Source of the DNA: Cetorhinus maximus
Taxonomy: Eukaryota
Reading direction: 5' to 3'
Length of the DNA stretch: 64,000 bases
Assembly (NCBI RefSeq): GCF_964194155.1
Contig: NC_135898.1
Span: forward strand, 68,014,001 to 68,078,000
Shown here: in pieces, positions 40,325 to 53,100 of the stretch
Layout: the number at the start of each line of letters is the position of its first letter
Position numbering within the stretch: the stretch's first letter is position 1
Program-made: the position numbers and the translations under genes
Notes under the pieces: generated by a model
Told to the model about the DNA's origin: nothing
Database searches by the model: none
What the model saw: the letters and a program-made list of their open reading frames with translations, nothing else

Positions 40325-40806
40325 ACATTTATTTCCATCCCTTCTTGCACTGAGAAGGTGTTGTTGAGCCCTCTCTTTGAACCATCACAGTGCTTGTGGT
40401 GATGGTGACCCCACAATGTTGTTAAGTGGGGAATTCCAGGCTATTGACTCAATGATGATGAAGGAACGTTATTACTTTTGCAAGCTTAGATGGCGTGTCT
40501 TGGAGATTATGGTGTTCCCACAGCATTGCTGCTCTTGTCCTTCCCTGTTGTAGAAGTCACAAGGGAGAGATGTGCTGTAGAAGTTTCTACACTGAGTGAG
40601 CAACTCTTTATTCTCAGGATGTGGGTAATGTTAGTAAGGCAACATTTATTGCATATTTCCTTCCCTGAAGAATTTTAGTTGTTTTCTCATGGCAATTTGA
40701 CAGCTTTAATGCTCATTTTTTTTATGCTAGTTGCACAAATTGCCATGGTGGGATTTGAACTCATGACTTCTGAATTACTAGTCCAGTATCATAACCATTG
40801 GACTAG
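40325..40806 (-). mobile_element. Decayed HER1 3' fragment plus HE1-like SINE fragment
   Basis: gagaaggtgttgttgagc...cttgaaccatc; gtgggatttgaactc (B box) ...ttactagtccagt. Confidence 0.6.
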
Positions 40807-41431
40807 CAGTTCCAATATATTATATTAATTTGTACATTTGGCAGGTACTTTCTGTGCACATTAGCTTTTCTTCCTGTGCTAATGCTTATAATGGCAAAAA
40901 TGCTTACCAGTATTTAACATTACATTTCATAGATGAATGAATTGATTCAGTCAAAAGGTTTTTTGAAAACAATTCAGCCATTTTTCTTCAATACCTGAAA
41001 TTTCTAATTTTTAGAATAATGTTTCAAACGATAATACCTCCAAAATATAAATTGTGCCCATAAGTTTTTCCACTGGACAGTATCTAACCAAACACCTCTA
41101 ATTTTCTGGCACAAATGGAAGAAGCATGTGCCAGGCAAACTGTCTATTTGTATAAGAGTATGAGCAGCTAAATGAGCAATTTTAAATTGAACCCTGCTGG
41201 AGGCCACTCCAGAAAAGGCTCAAAAATTTGTTCGGTGTAATTTTGTGGGAACTGGAGAAGCTACATAAGGACTTATGGAAACAATCAGTCCTGAATGAAC
41301 AGTGAGAAGGATGTACCAATGGAAAAAAACAGTAACCATTAAACTACTCAAAACTGTGTTCAAGAAAAATGTCATCCACCCTTTTCTTAGAAAGCACCAA
41401 ACCCTGTTTCAAATGCTTGAGTTTTCACTTG

Positions 41432-42945
41432 GACCCATATTTTCTCTACAATGGAAAGGCACTCCATCATGGGGTGGAAAGTGGAAAAGCCTGAAAGCTG
41501 GAAGTCCCACCACCTCCCCCCCCCACCCCACCCTCAAATACGGCAGTTCCCATTTTCATGGGGGAGGGGTGCATTTTTCACATGTGCAGTTTGCAGTGGC
41601 ACATGGCCACTTAAATCATCCCACCCAAGCTGCCCCCACTCAAGTGCAACCCTACATGTGCACATTAGACCTGTTAAGAGCAGGTCTGAACTTTGTGAGA
41701 TTCATTTGGATAACCAGGGTACCCCTTTGGAGGGGTATGGTACCCCTTTGTATCTGGTCCTGGGAGACCTTTGGAGGAGCTAAGGTGCCCTTTGGTGGAG
41801 GTCAGGTGCCCTTTGGAAGTGTTAAAATTAGGCATTAACATGCATAAAAAGTGCATAAACTCGTTAGTTCAAGCTCATTGGAACTTTCAACAGACCTGTT
41901 AAAATCAACTGTCAAAACTGTCAGAAGTACCTGTCCCAGGTACCTGTCAAAACGAGATGTTAAGCTGTCAAGGAATTTAAAAGCCCTGCCCTTTAAATCT
42001 TTGGGGAAAAAAATGTCTGGAGTGTTTATTAAAAAAGATTGCTTGCTATTTAACTCTGTCTGTTGACATAAGTCTGAGAGTTTCTATTACTGGGTTAGTG
42101 CTGCATGACTGATTTCACAACCACCCATTAACTCAGTAGGGTGCCTGCCATTTCCATCTGATTGACAGTTAAAAGTGGTTATAGATTCTTTGATGTGGGA
42201 TTACGAATTTCAATGTATGTTGTTATAAGGGATTGTGCACTTGAAAAACATGTTTTGTTGTTATAAGGCTTTATTTAGTTGAAGGAATATAAATGTAGTA
42301 AATGGGTTTTTATGAATTGGAGTGTTTTTTTCAATATAGTGAAGTCTGCAATAGCACTTAGAACTTTATTTTAGTTCATCTCTGCTTCGGTCCTGAGGTC
42401 TGCCCATGTGAATATTGGGTGAGTTGTCGTGGTAGCTGTGGTAGCTGTAAGGGCAAAGGGTGGTGGGTGGGGGAGGTGGGGGGGAGGCGGGGGGGTGGGG
42501 GGGGGGGTCATGAGTTGGCATTAGTTGCCATAGGGGCTATACATAGCCATATGGGTGGAATCATAGGTTGGCATGTAGGGTATGAGGGGTTTTGGGGGTG
42601 GGTGGGGGCATGAGGCATGGGTTGGCATGGATGGGGCATGGAGATTTTGTGGGGAGGGAAGGGAGTGTGATGGGTAAGGGCTGGAGGGATGTTTCATGTT
42701 TTAATCCTTATTTTTAAACTTTGGTCACAGTGCCGGAACCTCCGGGCACTGTGACCTTCCGCCCAGCCCACCTCCGCACCTGGCACCCTCTTCCGTTCTT
42801 TCTGGGTTGGGCCGCCCCGACTTCTAGTCAATCTCACCTCCCTACCGAGGTCTGACATCCAGGCAGCCATTTTTAAAGTAAATGTTCATAGAGCCGGGAA
42901 TTCTGTTGTCCCTGTGCACCCGACCCAGGAGTGATAATCTGGGCC
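41432..42945. mobile_element. Non-autonomous Harbinger-type element
   Basis: Ends gacccatatttt / ataatctgggcc, TSD TTG/CTG, target tttcac-YTG-gctttt; internal ~21-bp ggtgccctttgg repeats. Confidence 0.6.
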
Positions 42946-43259
42946 CTGGCTTTTTTCGCCAAAACTGTTGGCAAGTTTTCCACCATGCCTGTGCAATCTG
43001 AACATGCGCAATTTGCAGAATTTTCCAGCATGAATCAGTTTAGGCCTCTGAATCGCAGCAAAGGCCATGACCCAATGTTCACACATCTTGAAAGCTCATA
43101 GGAGTTTCTTTACTTCTTCCAAAAGACTTTTGAGAGTGACTGAAGATTGAATTCTTAAAATTTTATTTCAGCCAAGTGTCGTGGATAGTACCTTCAAATT
43201 AGTCACAGCCATGAGGAGGGAGATAGGCAGACAGACAGACAGCAAGAGAAACAGACCAA

Positions 43260-44538
43260 GGGGAATTTTAACCCACAAGAATGGGTGGATAGTTGAAATA
43301 ATGGATTTTTGGATCACAACCATGACCTGGCTCCAACACACCTACTTTCAGATTTCACGGAGATGCGCTTGGATGCATGTGAATAACCTACTCACCGCAG
43401 CCGTGATCGTAATTAATGCAGACGGGCAGGTAGTTATCACAGCAATTAATATCCTTATGAGATGTTAATTAAGTCTTTTTAAATTGAATTTCACTGACCT
43501 TTAAATTTAATGACTCCGGCATGGGTTTCCCAATCCTCTGGAAAATGACCAATACAAAGGGGGTGAATTGGGGGTGCATTTCATGGGGGTCAGTCAACTT
43601 CAGTTAGCCCGGACTGAAAATGCTCAATTCTTGCAGCTGCTTTGTCAGGTCTCTCTAGCAAATGTTGTTTAGTGGATAGTTGTATCACCACACAGGTATT
43701 GGGGACTTTCAGACACCATTAGGATGGGAGGTGCCTTGGATATTTTAGACAGGACATCAGATGAGGAAGACCACCACTATCCACAATAGCAATGAGTCAG
43801 ATCACCAGGTGCACAGGAGGAAGGTAGAGGTCGCAGAGGACTCATGTAACCTGCTGTACAGACATAGGCTCAGCTTCCATGACCTTTCAGAAAAGCAGTG
43901 CTTCCACAGTCTGAACTTATCATGGGTCACAAACGCCGACAGCCTCCTAGAAGACTTGCTACCCACTGGATATGGCATTCACGTATTGCCAGTGGCTGTG
44001 ATTGGCATCGCTACCCTTAATTATTTTGCCTCTGGTTCCTTCTAAAGCGCTACCGGAGACATAGAGTATGTTACACAGAAATAAGGAAGGTGACAGATGG
44101 ATTGTTCACTAGGGCTGGGAGTTAAGTAAATTTCCCCTGTGATGTTAATAACCAGAATGAATGGGCACTCTTATTGGCCTGTCTGGCTAGGCCCCCAGAC
44201 ACACAGAATTCTGCAGACATGTGGCACTCCGCGTATTAGCGCAGCAACCAGGAGTTTTCTTCAACTGCAAGAGATCTTCATCCATCAGTGTAATTCTACA
44301 GTGCAGCAACAAGGGGAGATTCATGCACACCTGTTTCAGATTGCCTTAATTGGCCTTTAACTTACTTAATTGGCTGCTTGCCATTTACAGATGGGTAGCC
44401 CTTCTGCCCCAATCCCGCCTCCAGGAAAATAGCCCGGGGGTAGAATGATGCCAAAAAACTAGCATGCTGGCCTGTGGCATGAAATTTTGTGCCCACCCTC
44501 TCCTAATCTTGTCCTATATTGGGGCAATAATTCAGCCC
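43260..44538 (+). mobile_element. Deleted Harbinger element with a highly decayed transposase remnant (~43733-44340)
   Basis: TSD CAA/CAA; TIRs ggggaatttt / aattcagccc; LYRHRLSFHDLSEKQC..LPVAV..TLNYFASGSF. Confidence 0.75.
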
Positions 44539-44829
44539 CAAGCCTATTCTGGAGGTAAACCGCTGCTCCACAGCTCTATAATTCGTTCCCCATTGTCACT
44601 GTTCCCCTGACTGCAATGGGACAGCTCCACTCTGGGTACTTCCTCCTCTTTCTCTTCCTGTCTTTTTCCAGTATCACCACTCCCAGCTACCCAAGCACCT
44701 GTGGCTTTCTCCCCTGGGCCGAATCACCACAAGAAAATCTACATCAACGTTCAACCCAGTATTCCCACATACAAAAAAAAATCCTCAACTCTTCCACATC
44801 CCTCTATCCCTATTCTAAAAAAACTGAAA

Positions 44830-44940
44830 TAGCTCACATTAATATGGTGCTTTGCATGACTCACAAAATGTCCCAAAGTGCTTCACAGCCGATGAGTTTT
44901 CTAAAATGTATTTACTGTTGTAATGTAGGAAAAACAAGTG
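44830..44940 (-). mobile_element. DeuSINE/L2 3' fragment
   Basis: tgtcccaaagtgcttcacagcc...actgttgtaatgtagg matches the DeuSINE 3' part at ~6020-6095. Confidence 0.6.
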
Positions 44941-45639
44941 CCAAAATAGCCCAATATCACCTTTCTTCTGGAGCTTGTGCTCAATCCCAGTCTTCTAACA
45001 CAATTAAACACATTTTAAATTATAATCAAGACTTCTGATTTACACTTTTCACAAATATCACATAATGATGAAGTGTGTTTTTTTTTTCATTGAACAAGGC
45101 AGGGTGTGGCAGGCATAGATTAATATCTCTTTGTGCTGTATGTTCCTGACATTAGCTTTTTGCTATACAGTAATTTAATTTTTCCTACCTTTCATGCTGC
45201 TCTCCAGTGATCTAATGGCCCATTGCAAATTGCCACAAAACATTTTTAAAACATTGATTTTTTTCATTACACGTGACCTATTGCTTCTAGGAGTGGACAG
45301 TGAGTTACAACGTCCTTGTGTGTAGTACAAGCAATAAGCAAAAATGAGAAAAAAAATCCGATTTGAGTTTGGTGCATCAAGCATACAATTGACTGGAAAT
45401 TACAAATGGTGAATTTTTTGAGAGTTAATTGAGTGTAATTTCAGTTTTAGAGTTGTACAAAGAAAGCTGCTGACCACCTGATTTTGCCGAGTTTAGTAGG
45501 TGCACTAAAATGTGCTTCAACACCAACACACTGAGCTATCAAATGTGAAAACATAATTATTGAAGCACAGTTGCAGATGTTAAGTGCTATAATGAGGCAT
45601 TTACATTCCTGAAATAGTGTGGGAAAGACAGCTCAATGT

Positions 45640-46900
45640 TATTATTGCAATTTTGACAAAAATTTAGCCACAAGGAGGCCAAGGTTAGAGAAGGACTGAC
45701 AGTACACAGGGTACCCCCTTCACCTCCAGGAGGGCATGGTACAGCAGCCTTGGGAGAAAATTATTGAATGAATCAATGCTGCCTCCCAAACCTGCAGGAT
45801 CAGGAAGAACGTATCAGACTAGAAGAAATCTGCTAGGGTAAGCCAACTGTCCTGGTCGGTATGACAAGCACCTGTCACAAGCAGGCATGCAAGAAACTCA
45901 TCTTTGCTAACAATTTCATTTTTTTTCATGTTGTAGAATACTAAGCTGCAACAAGAAATTACCCAGGTTTACTCCAGCTTAATAGGTACAAGGTGGGAAC
46001 TGACGGGAAGTGAGAAACTGCACAGGAAAATGCAACAAAAGGTGTGTTTTGGGGTGGTTTAATTTGTCGATGTGGTCCAAAGGATTTGAGAGTAGGGATG
46101 CTCATAGGAGTTCATCTTGTATTGTTATCTGATGCACTGGTATTTCAGCAGTTACTACTTCATTATCACTGTTATCTCCCACTCTTTGGGATTCCACTCA
46201 CCTGTTGGTCTTACTAAACAATGCAGCACTCACCTCCTTCATGCATCTGTGGATAGCAAACTAGATGAGACCACACATCACCAGTGCTAGGCTGGAAGTT
46301 GAAAACCATGGTAACCTTAATAGCTACTGGTTCTACCATACAGATTTTGGATCTTGTGGGAAGGTCTTCATTTATAAATAACATGGCTTTATCACTTCCT
46401 CCTTGCCAAACTTCAGTCTTCTGAAGAACTAATCTTTGGTCAATCTAGATATCTGTTTCAGGGACAATGTACCCAATGGATAGTGAGGGCTAGATGGTAC
46501 ATCTTGTGCATTATTGGACATGTCTCTCCAACTATTCCATTGCCAAGTCCAGGAGTTATAGAGCATAAATGCAGCAGCAAATATTAGACAAAAATTTCCA
46601 GAAGTGAAATTGGTCTCATGCAGGAACACAAAATGGGCAAAAGCAAATCAAATGTCTGTTTTGCATTCTGCCCGATTTTAATTTTCCAATGTAAAATGGG
46701 TTGCCGATTCATAAACACCTCTTGTGTACTATCGTCCAAGAACAATTTCACCCCATCATCTTGAAGCTCTACAAAGCAGCAGTTCACTAGTCATAGTAGA
46801 CAAGTTGCTTATATCTTTGCTACGATGCCCAATATATGGGCATTAGAAAAGGAATGCAGGTGTGCTGCCTGAGTGTTATGATACTGTGTGCTTTCCCCTT
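45640..46900. mobile_element. Very old Harbinger remnant (Myb-like on +, transposase-like on -)
   Basis: Plus strand WEKII..INA.. followed by a GTAAG donor at ~45838; minus strand FMNRQ.., NNAQ.., LKQISRL resemble transposase motifs. Confidence 0.4.
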
Positions 46901-46965
46901 TAGTAACAATACTGTTGGATCCTAGCCACCAGTCTGTTGGGACTTACGGATCCTGGTTGTACATT

Positions 46966-47243
46966 TGTTGTGGGATGGCCGTGTTGGTACTATAGACAGA
47001 GTTGATCAGCAGACACTTCTTAGGTGGAACACATTCTGTTTATTTCCAAAGATACTCAGCAGCTACACTTGTGTGCTTTCAACTCAAACCCTGTCTCCAT
47101 ACTTCTGACTACTAACTACAGACTACTGACTACAGAGTTAGCCCGCACTATTCCTCTATTGGTTACATAAGATCATGTGATCTTCCTTCAGAACATCCTT
47201 CTTAAAGGTATACTACACATTACATAAAACCATAATTACCACA
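46966..47243 (-). mobile_element. Probable solo LTR
   Basis: TGT...ACA ends (tgttgtggg / taccaca); AATAAA on the minus strand at ~47040; no clear TSD. Confidence 0.45.
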
Positions 47244-50130
47244 AATACTAAACCCAACTGGTTTAACATTCCACCGCTGTAGTGCACTGAAGCCATGTTT
47301 CTTTAACAGTAAAGCTAAACAGTAGGGATAGGTGTACTACCTGACACTTCAAAATTATCTTTCATTAACTTTCAAATGACACAAGCATTTTAACCAATGC
47401 TAGCAATAATTTGTAGCCTTATATGAAATAGTTGCATAATGATGCAGATATGGAAACTGTTCTTCGCAGAAATAATTGTGCAAATTGGCCTGATAAAGGG
47501 TACAAGGATATAATTCAACTTACAATGTCTGTGGCTTAAATGTAGAGTAAAGGGACAATTTTTTGACTTTGCATTTCAGCAGGGAGTCTTGCTTGTTGAG
47601 AGCATGTATCGGAAATTTAGGCGTATGCTGCACAAGGTTTTCTGACCATTAATTTGAAATGGTGCAAAAATTATGTGCAGGGCGTGCATGAATTTCTACA
47701 AGGTTCTCCCAGAGGACAAGTTGGGAACACAAAGTCAGAAGCTTACACCTTAAATCCTCACTGACAGCTCTCCAAAGTTAAGGATGGTGGACACTGAAGA
47801 GGCAGTAACAGCGTGGACTGCTAAAAAGAAAATTCAGACCCAAAGGAGTCAATGACTGATGGTTGAAATGTGGTTTTAGAACTCCCTCCTTTCCCCCAGA
47901 GCAATGGATTAATTTTAAACAAAAACCATCAGTTACTTAAGTAATCAATATTATGGATATTAAAAATCTTTTGAGCTTAGTAACCTCTATCATATTCTAT
48001 CATGTTGTTGATGCACTAAATGTGAACTCTGAGATTTGGTGAAATAACTCTCCACTACTCATTCCCTTAGAAATATAAGCCACCAGATGACAGGCCATGT
48101 TAGGAATTACACTGTAAACAAAACATAATACATTTAATAACGATTTGTTTATAAAAATAGAAAACAACAGCTTGTGTAATTGATTAATTGAATAACTGCA
48201 GCACCACAAGAAATCAGCCAATCGTGCTGGTAAAGTGTTTTTATTTATGCAGATTTAGTGCAACTCAGTAACCACATCTTGATAAAGAAGCATTCATTCT
48301 CAGCTGGATACCAGACCACTCAGTCAGGAACCATAGCATCTTGGTGGGAAATTAATTCACTTCAGAGGACAATCAGCAGGGCTCACTGGGAAAATGGTCA
48401 GCCACGTCTTTTATGGATGTCCATGACTACTGAATTGGAACAAAGCACATGTACATAGCAAAGTCACAGGCAATCATGTTCTCTAATAGTTCTGAGTTAA
48501 AGCATTTGCACTGGTTTTAATATTGAACACAAATCTTTTAAGCCGTGGAGCATTTTAAGTTTCATTATGTCCTGGTGTATTTTTGCAGGCCAATTTAGCT
48601 AAGATTTTGGTGGCTTGTTTTTAGTAAGCAGGGTGTAAGTGAGACAGGCTGTTATCACTTTCATATGGGATAATGGATGGAAAATTCAAAGACTTAAATG
48701 CAATCAGGGGGTTTCTCAACCATGACAGTAAAGAGTGTGTGTGGTTTCTAAATGTCAACTAAATCCTAAACTGTATTACCATCTTTAACTTCTGTGTTGT
48801 CAGCTATTACAGCAATACAAAGTTCACAGCAGCTACAAGAATTGACAAGGTTGCAGTGGCAAGATGCAAGTAAACAGAGTGCGATAAATATTATAATTTA
48901 TCATACGTGCATTGATTATATGTGATAAGGCGACCATTTTGGACTATGTCAAGTATAGTAATTAATTATTCCATGCTGATTAAAGCTACATCAACATTTC
49001 CTGTGTCGGAACATTCGGTTATTTCACTTAAGTAATTTCAATGTTATCCAGATATAAAATAAATGTATATTAATTCCAAGAATCATTAAACAGTACAACA
49101 ATATGCAAAATAATCTACCAGGAAAAGTATGCCAGGCAGTGAGTATTCATTACGCATATGTATGCATGACCTGGCTGGATTTGGATGGTTAATATTATTT
49201 TATCTGAATGTTCAAAATTAAGAAAGGGATAAACGTAGAGGAGCAATAGTCACATTCCTCCCATTCCTCATAGTAATAGGTAGGTTTTGTTTATAGAATA
49301 AGAGAACTTACATCCAAAGATATTGCTTTAATGCTCTACAAGGTCAATAAAAGCACAACAGTGTAACACATTCCTGACCACCATGTTACACAGACCTAAT
49401 TCTATGGAAAGGTTATATACAGAATATTCATTTGAACACAAATTTATTTATGGTGAAAGCTGGTATGTCTTGTGCTGTTCATCATACGTTTCCCACCAAT
49501 CTATGTTAGATATTAGTAGCCAATGAGTAAACTCAGTTATTTTATTAGTCAGCAGACAGTCTTCATTTGCGTCCACATGACATGAAATGGGATTTTACAA
49601 GAGTTGTGATAAAAGTAGTTCAGCTATCAATGTTGCGTGACAGGAAGAGAGGATTTTCCTGGGAAATTATGCATTAACTTTTACTGGAATATTTTACATA
49701 AAACATAGAAATTTAATAATTTATTGAATTTACAGAAAATGTCCATGAACTAAATAATAATTCAAACGAAAAGAGTGAAATATTTAATATAAACAATAAT
49801 GTTAATTGTCTTTTTTTCCCTATGAAGAATTATAAGCCAAAGCATGAAGTTTGTTTTTTTTTAAGAAACATTCAATGATCTAATTTTGTTAAAGTGCATC
49901 AAATTCCAGCAGTTTGTTCATCAGTCCCATGCCATGTATTCTTAACAAACCATTTTGATTTTAAGGATAAATGCAATTTTTCCACTAAGGTGATGCTGCT
50001 GGCTGTCCAAAAGATGCCCTGCCAACCCCACAATTAAGAATGAATTTCAGTGCCATTGCGATACTATGTACGTAGGTCCTACATCCCAGCGATTAGCTGA
50101 TCGAATCAAACAGCATGTTCCCTTGATTGC

Positions 50131-53100
50131 TTTTTTTCGTTCATTCACGGGAAGTGGGCTTCGCCGGCTGGGCAAGCATTTATTGCCCATCCCTAGTTGC
50201 CCTTGAAAAGATGGTGGGGAGCTGCCTTCCTGAACCGCTGCAGTCCATGTGGTATAGGTACACCCACAGTGCTGCTAGAAAGGGTTTCTGGGATTTTGAC
50301 CCAGTGATAGCAAAGGAATGCTGATATATTTCCAAGTCAAGATGGTGAGTGACTTGGAGGGTCACCTCCAGATGGTGGTGTTCCCATCTATCTGCTGCCC
50401 TTGTCCTTGATGGTAGTGGTTGTGGGTTTGGAAGTTGCTGTCTAAGGAGCTTCGGTGAGTTTCTGCAGTGCAATTTGTAGATGGTACACACTGCTGCTAC
50501 TGTGCTTCAGTGGTGGAGGCAGTGAATGTTTGTGGATGTGGTGCCAACCAAGTGGACTGCTTTGCGCTGGATGGTGTCCAGCTTCTTCAGTGTTGTGGGA
50601 GCTGCACTCATCCAGGCAAGTGGAGAGTATTCCATCACACTCCTGACTTGTGCCTTGTAGATGGTGGACAGGTTTTGGGAAGTCAGGAGATGAGTTACTT
50701 GTCACACGATTCCTAACCTCTGACCTCCTCTTGTAGCCACAGCATTTATATGGCTAGTCCAGTTCAGTTTCTGGTCAATGGAAACCCCCAGGATTTTGAT
50801 AGTGGGGGATTCAGTGATGGCAATGCTGACTCTCACTGGGGTACAGTTCCACACACACTGACTCTCAATGGGGTACAGTTCCACACAAACTGACTCTCAC
50901 TAGGGCACAGTTCCACACACGCTGACTCTCGCTGTCCATTGTTCTCGATCTTTGCACAAATTGGAGCCATATGTCCTTATCTACTCTGTTTCGACCACTC
51001 ATGATTTGAAGGAGGAGATGGGGAGATGGTTAGATTCTCTTGTTGGGGATGGTCATTGCCTGACACTTGCGTGACACGAATGTTATTTGCCGCTTGTCAG
51101 CCCAAGCCTGGATATTGTCCAGGTCTTGCTGCATTTGGACATTGACTGCTTCAGTATCTGAGGAGTCGCGAATGGTGCTGAACATTGTGCAATTATCAGT
51201 AAACATCCCCACTTCTGACCTTATGATGGAAGGAGGGTCATTGATGAAGCAGCTTAAGATGGTTGGGCCTAGGACACTACCCTGAGGAACTCCTGCAGTG
51301 ATTTCCTGGAGCTGAGATGACTGAACTCCAACATCCACAACCATCTTCCTTTGTGCTAGGTATGACTCCAAACAATGGACAGTTTTCCTCTTGATTCCCA
51401 TTGACGCCAGTTTTGCTAGGGCTCCTTGATGCCACACTCTGTCAAAATACTGCCTTGATGTCAAGGGCAGTTACTCTCACCTCACCTCGGGAGTTCAGCT
51501 CTTTTGTCCAAGGCTGTAATGAGGTCAGGAGCTGAGTGGCCCTGGCAGAACCCAAACTGGGCGTCAGTGAGCAGGTTATTGCTAAGCAAGTGCCGCTTGA
51601 TAACACTGTTGATGACCCCTTCCATTACTTTACTGATGATCAAGAGTAGACTGACGGGGCAGTAATTGGCCGGATTGGATTTGTCTTGCTATTTGTGTAT
51701 AGGACATACCTGGGCAATTTTTCACAGCCGGGTGGATGCCAGTATTGTAGCTGTACTGAAACAGCTTGGCTAGGGGCGTGGTAATTTCTGGAGCACAAGT
51801 CTTCAGTACTATTGCTGGAATATTGTCAGGGCCATAGCCTTTGCAGTATTCAGTGCCTTCAGCCATTTTTTGATATCACATGGAGTGAATTGAATTGGCT
51901 GAAGCCTGGCATCTGTGATGCTGGGGATCTCTGGAGGAGGCCAAGATGGATCATCCACTCGGCACTTCTGTCTGAGGATTGTAGCAAATGCTTCATCCTT
52001 ATCTTTTGCACTGATATGCTGGGCTTCCCCCATTATTGAGGATGGGGATATTTGTGGGGCCTTAGATCTGATCCATTGGTTGTGGGATCACTTAGTTCTG
52101 TCTATCACTTGCTGCTTATGCTGTTTGGCACGCAGGTAGTCCTGTGTTATAGCTTCACCAGATTGACACTTCATTTTTAGGTATGCCTGGTGTTGCTCCT
52201 GACATGCCCTCCTGCACTCTTTATTGAACCAAGGTTGATTCCCTGGCTTGATGCTAACGTAGAGTGGGGGATATGCTGCACCATGAGATTACAGATTGTG
52301 TTCGAGTACAATTCTGCTGCTGCTGATGGCCCACAGCGCCTCGATACCAAGTCTTGAGTTGCTAGATCTGTTCAAAATCTACCCCATTTAGCAAGGTTGT
52401 AGTGCCACACAACACGATAGAGGGTATCCTCAATGTGAAGGCAGGACTTCATCTCCACAACAACTGTGCGGTGGTCACTCCTACCAATACTGTCATGGAC
52501 AGATGCATCTGCTGCAGGCAGGTTGGTGAGGATGAGGTCAAGTATGTTTTTCGCTTTGCTGGTTCCCTCACCGCCTGCCGCAGACCCAGTCTAGCAGCGA
52601 TGTCATTTAGGACTCGGCCAGTTCGGTTAGTCGTGGTGCTACCGAGCCACTCTTGGTGATGGACAGTGAAGTTCCCCCAACCCAGATTAAATTATGCGCC
52701 ATTGCCACCCTCAGTGCTTCCTCCATGTATTCAACATGGAGAGCACTGATTCATCAGCTGAGGGACCAGTACATGGTAATCAGCAGATTTCCTTGACTAT
52801 GTTTGACCTGATGCCATGAGACTTGATGGAGTCAATGCTGAGAACTCCCAGGGCAACCCCCTCCCGACTGTATACCACTGTGCCGTCACCTCTGCTGGGT
52901 CTGTCCTGCCAGTGAGACAGGACATACCCAGGGATGGTGATGGTGGAGTCTGGGCCATTATCTGTAAAAAATGATTCCGTAAGGATGACTATGTCAGGCT
53001 GCTGCTTGACTAGTCTGTGAGACAGCTCTCCCAGATGTTAGTAAGGAGAACTTTGCAGGGTCGACAGGACTGAGTTTGCCGTTGTCGTTTCCGGTGCCTA

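Noticed and set aside
41302-41838. 178-aa ORF
   Set aside because: It straddles a MITE boundary and runs through low-complexity subterminal repeats; no recognisable domain.
50826-50934. CRISPR-like array
   Set aside because: Head-to-tail 32-bp repeats without unique spacers, in a eukaryotic context with no cas genes.
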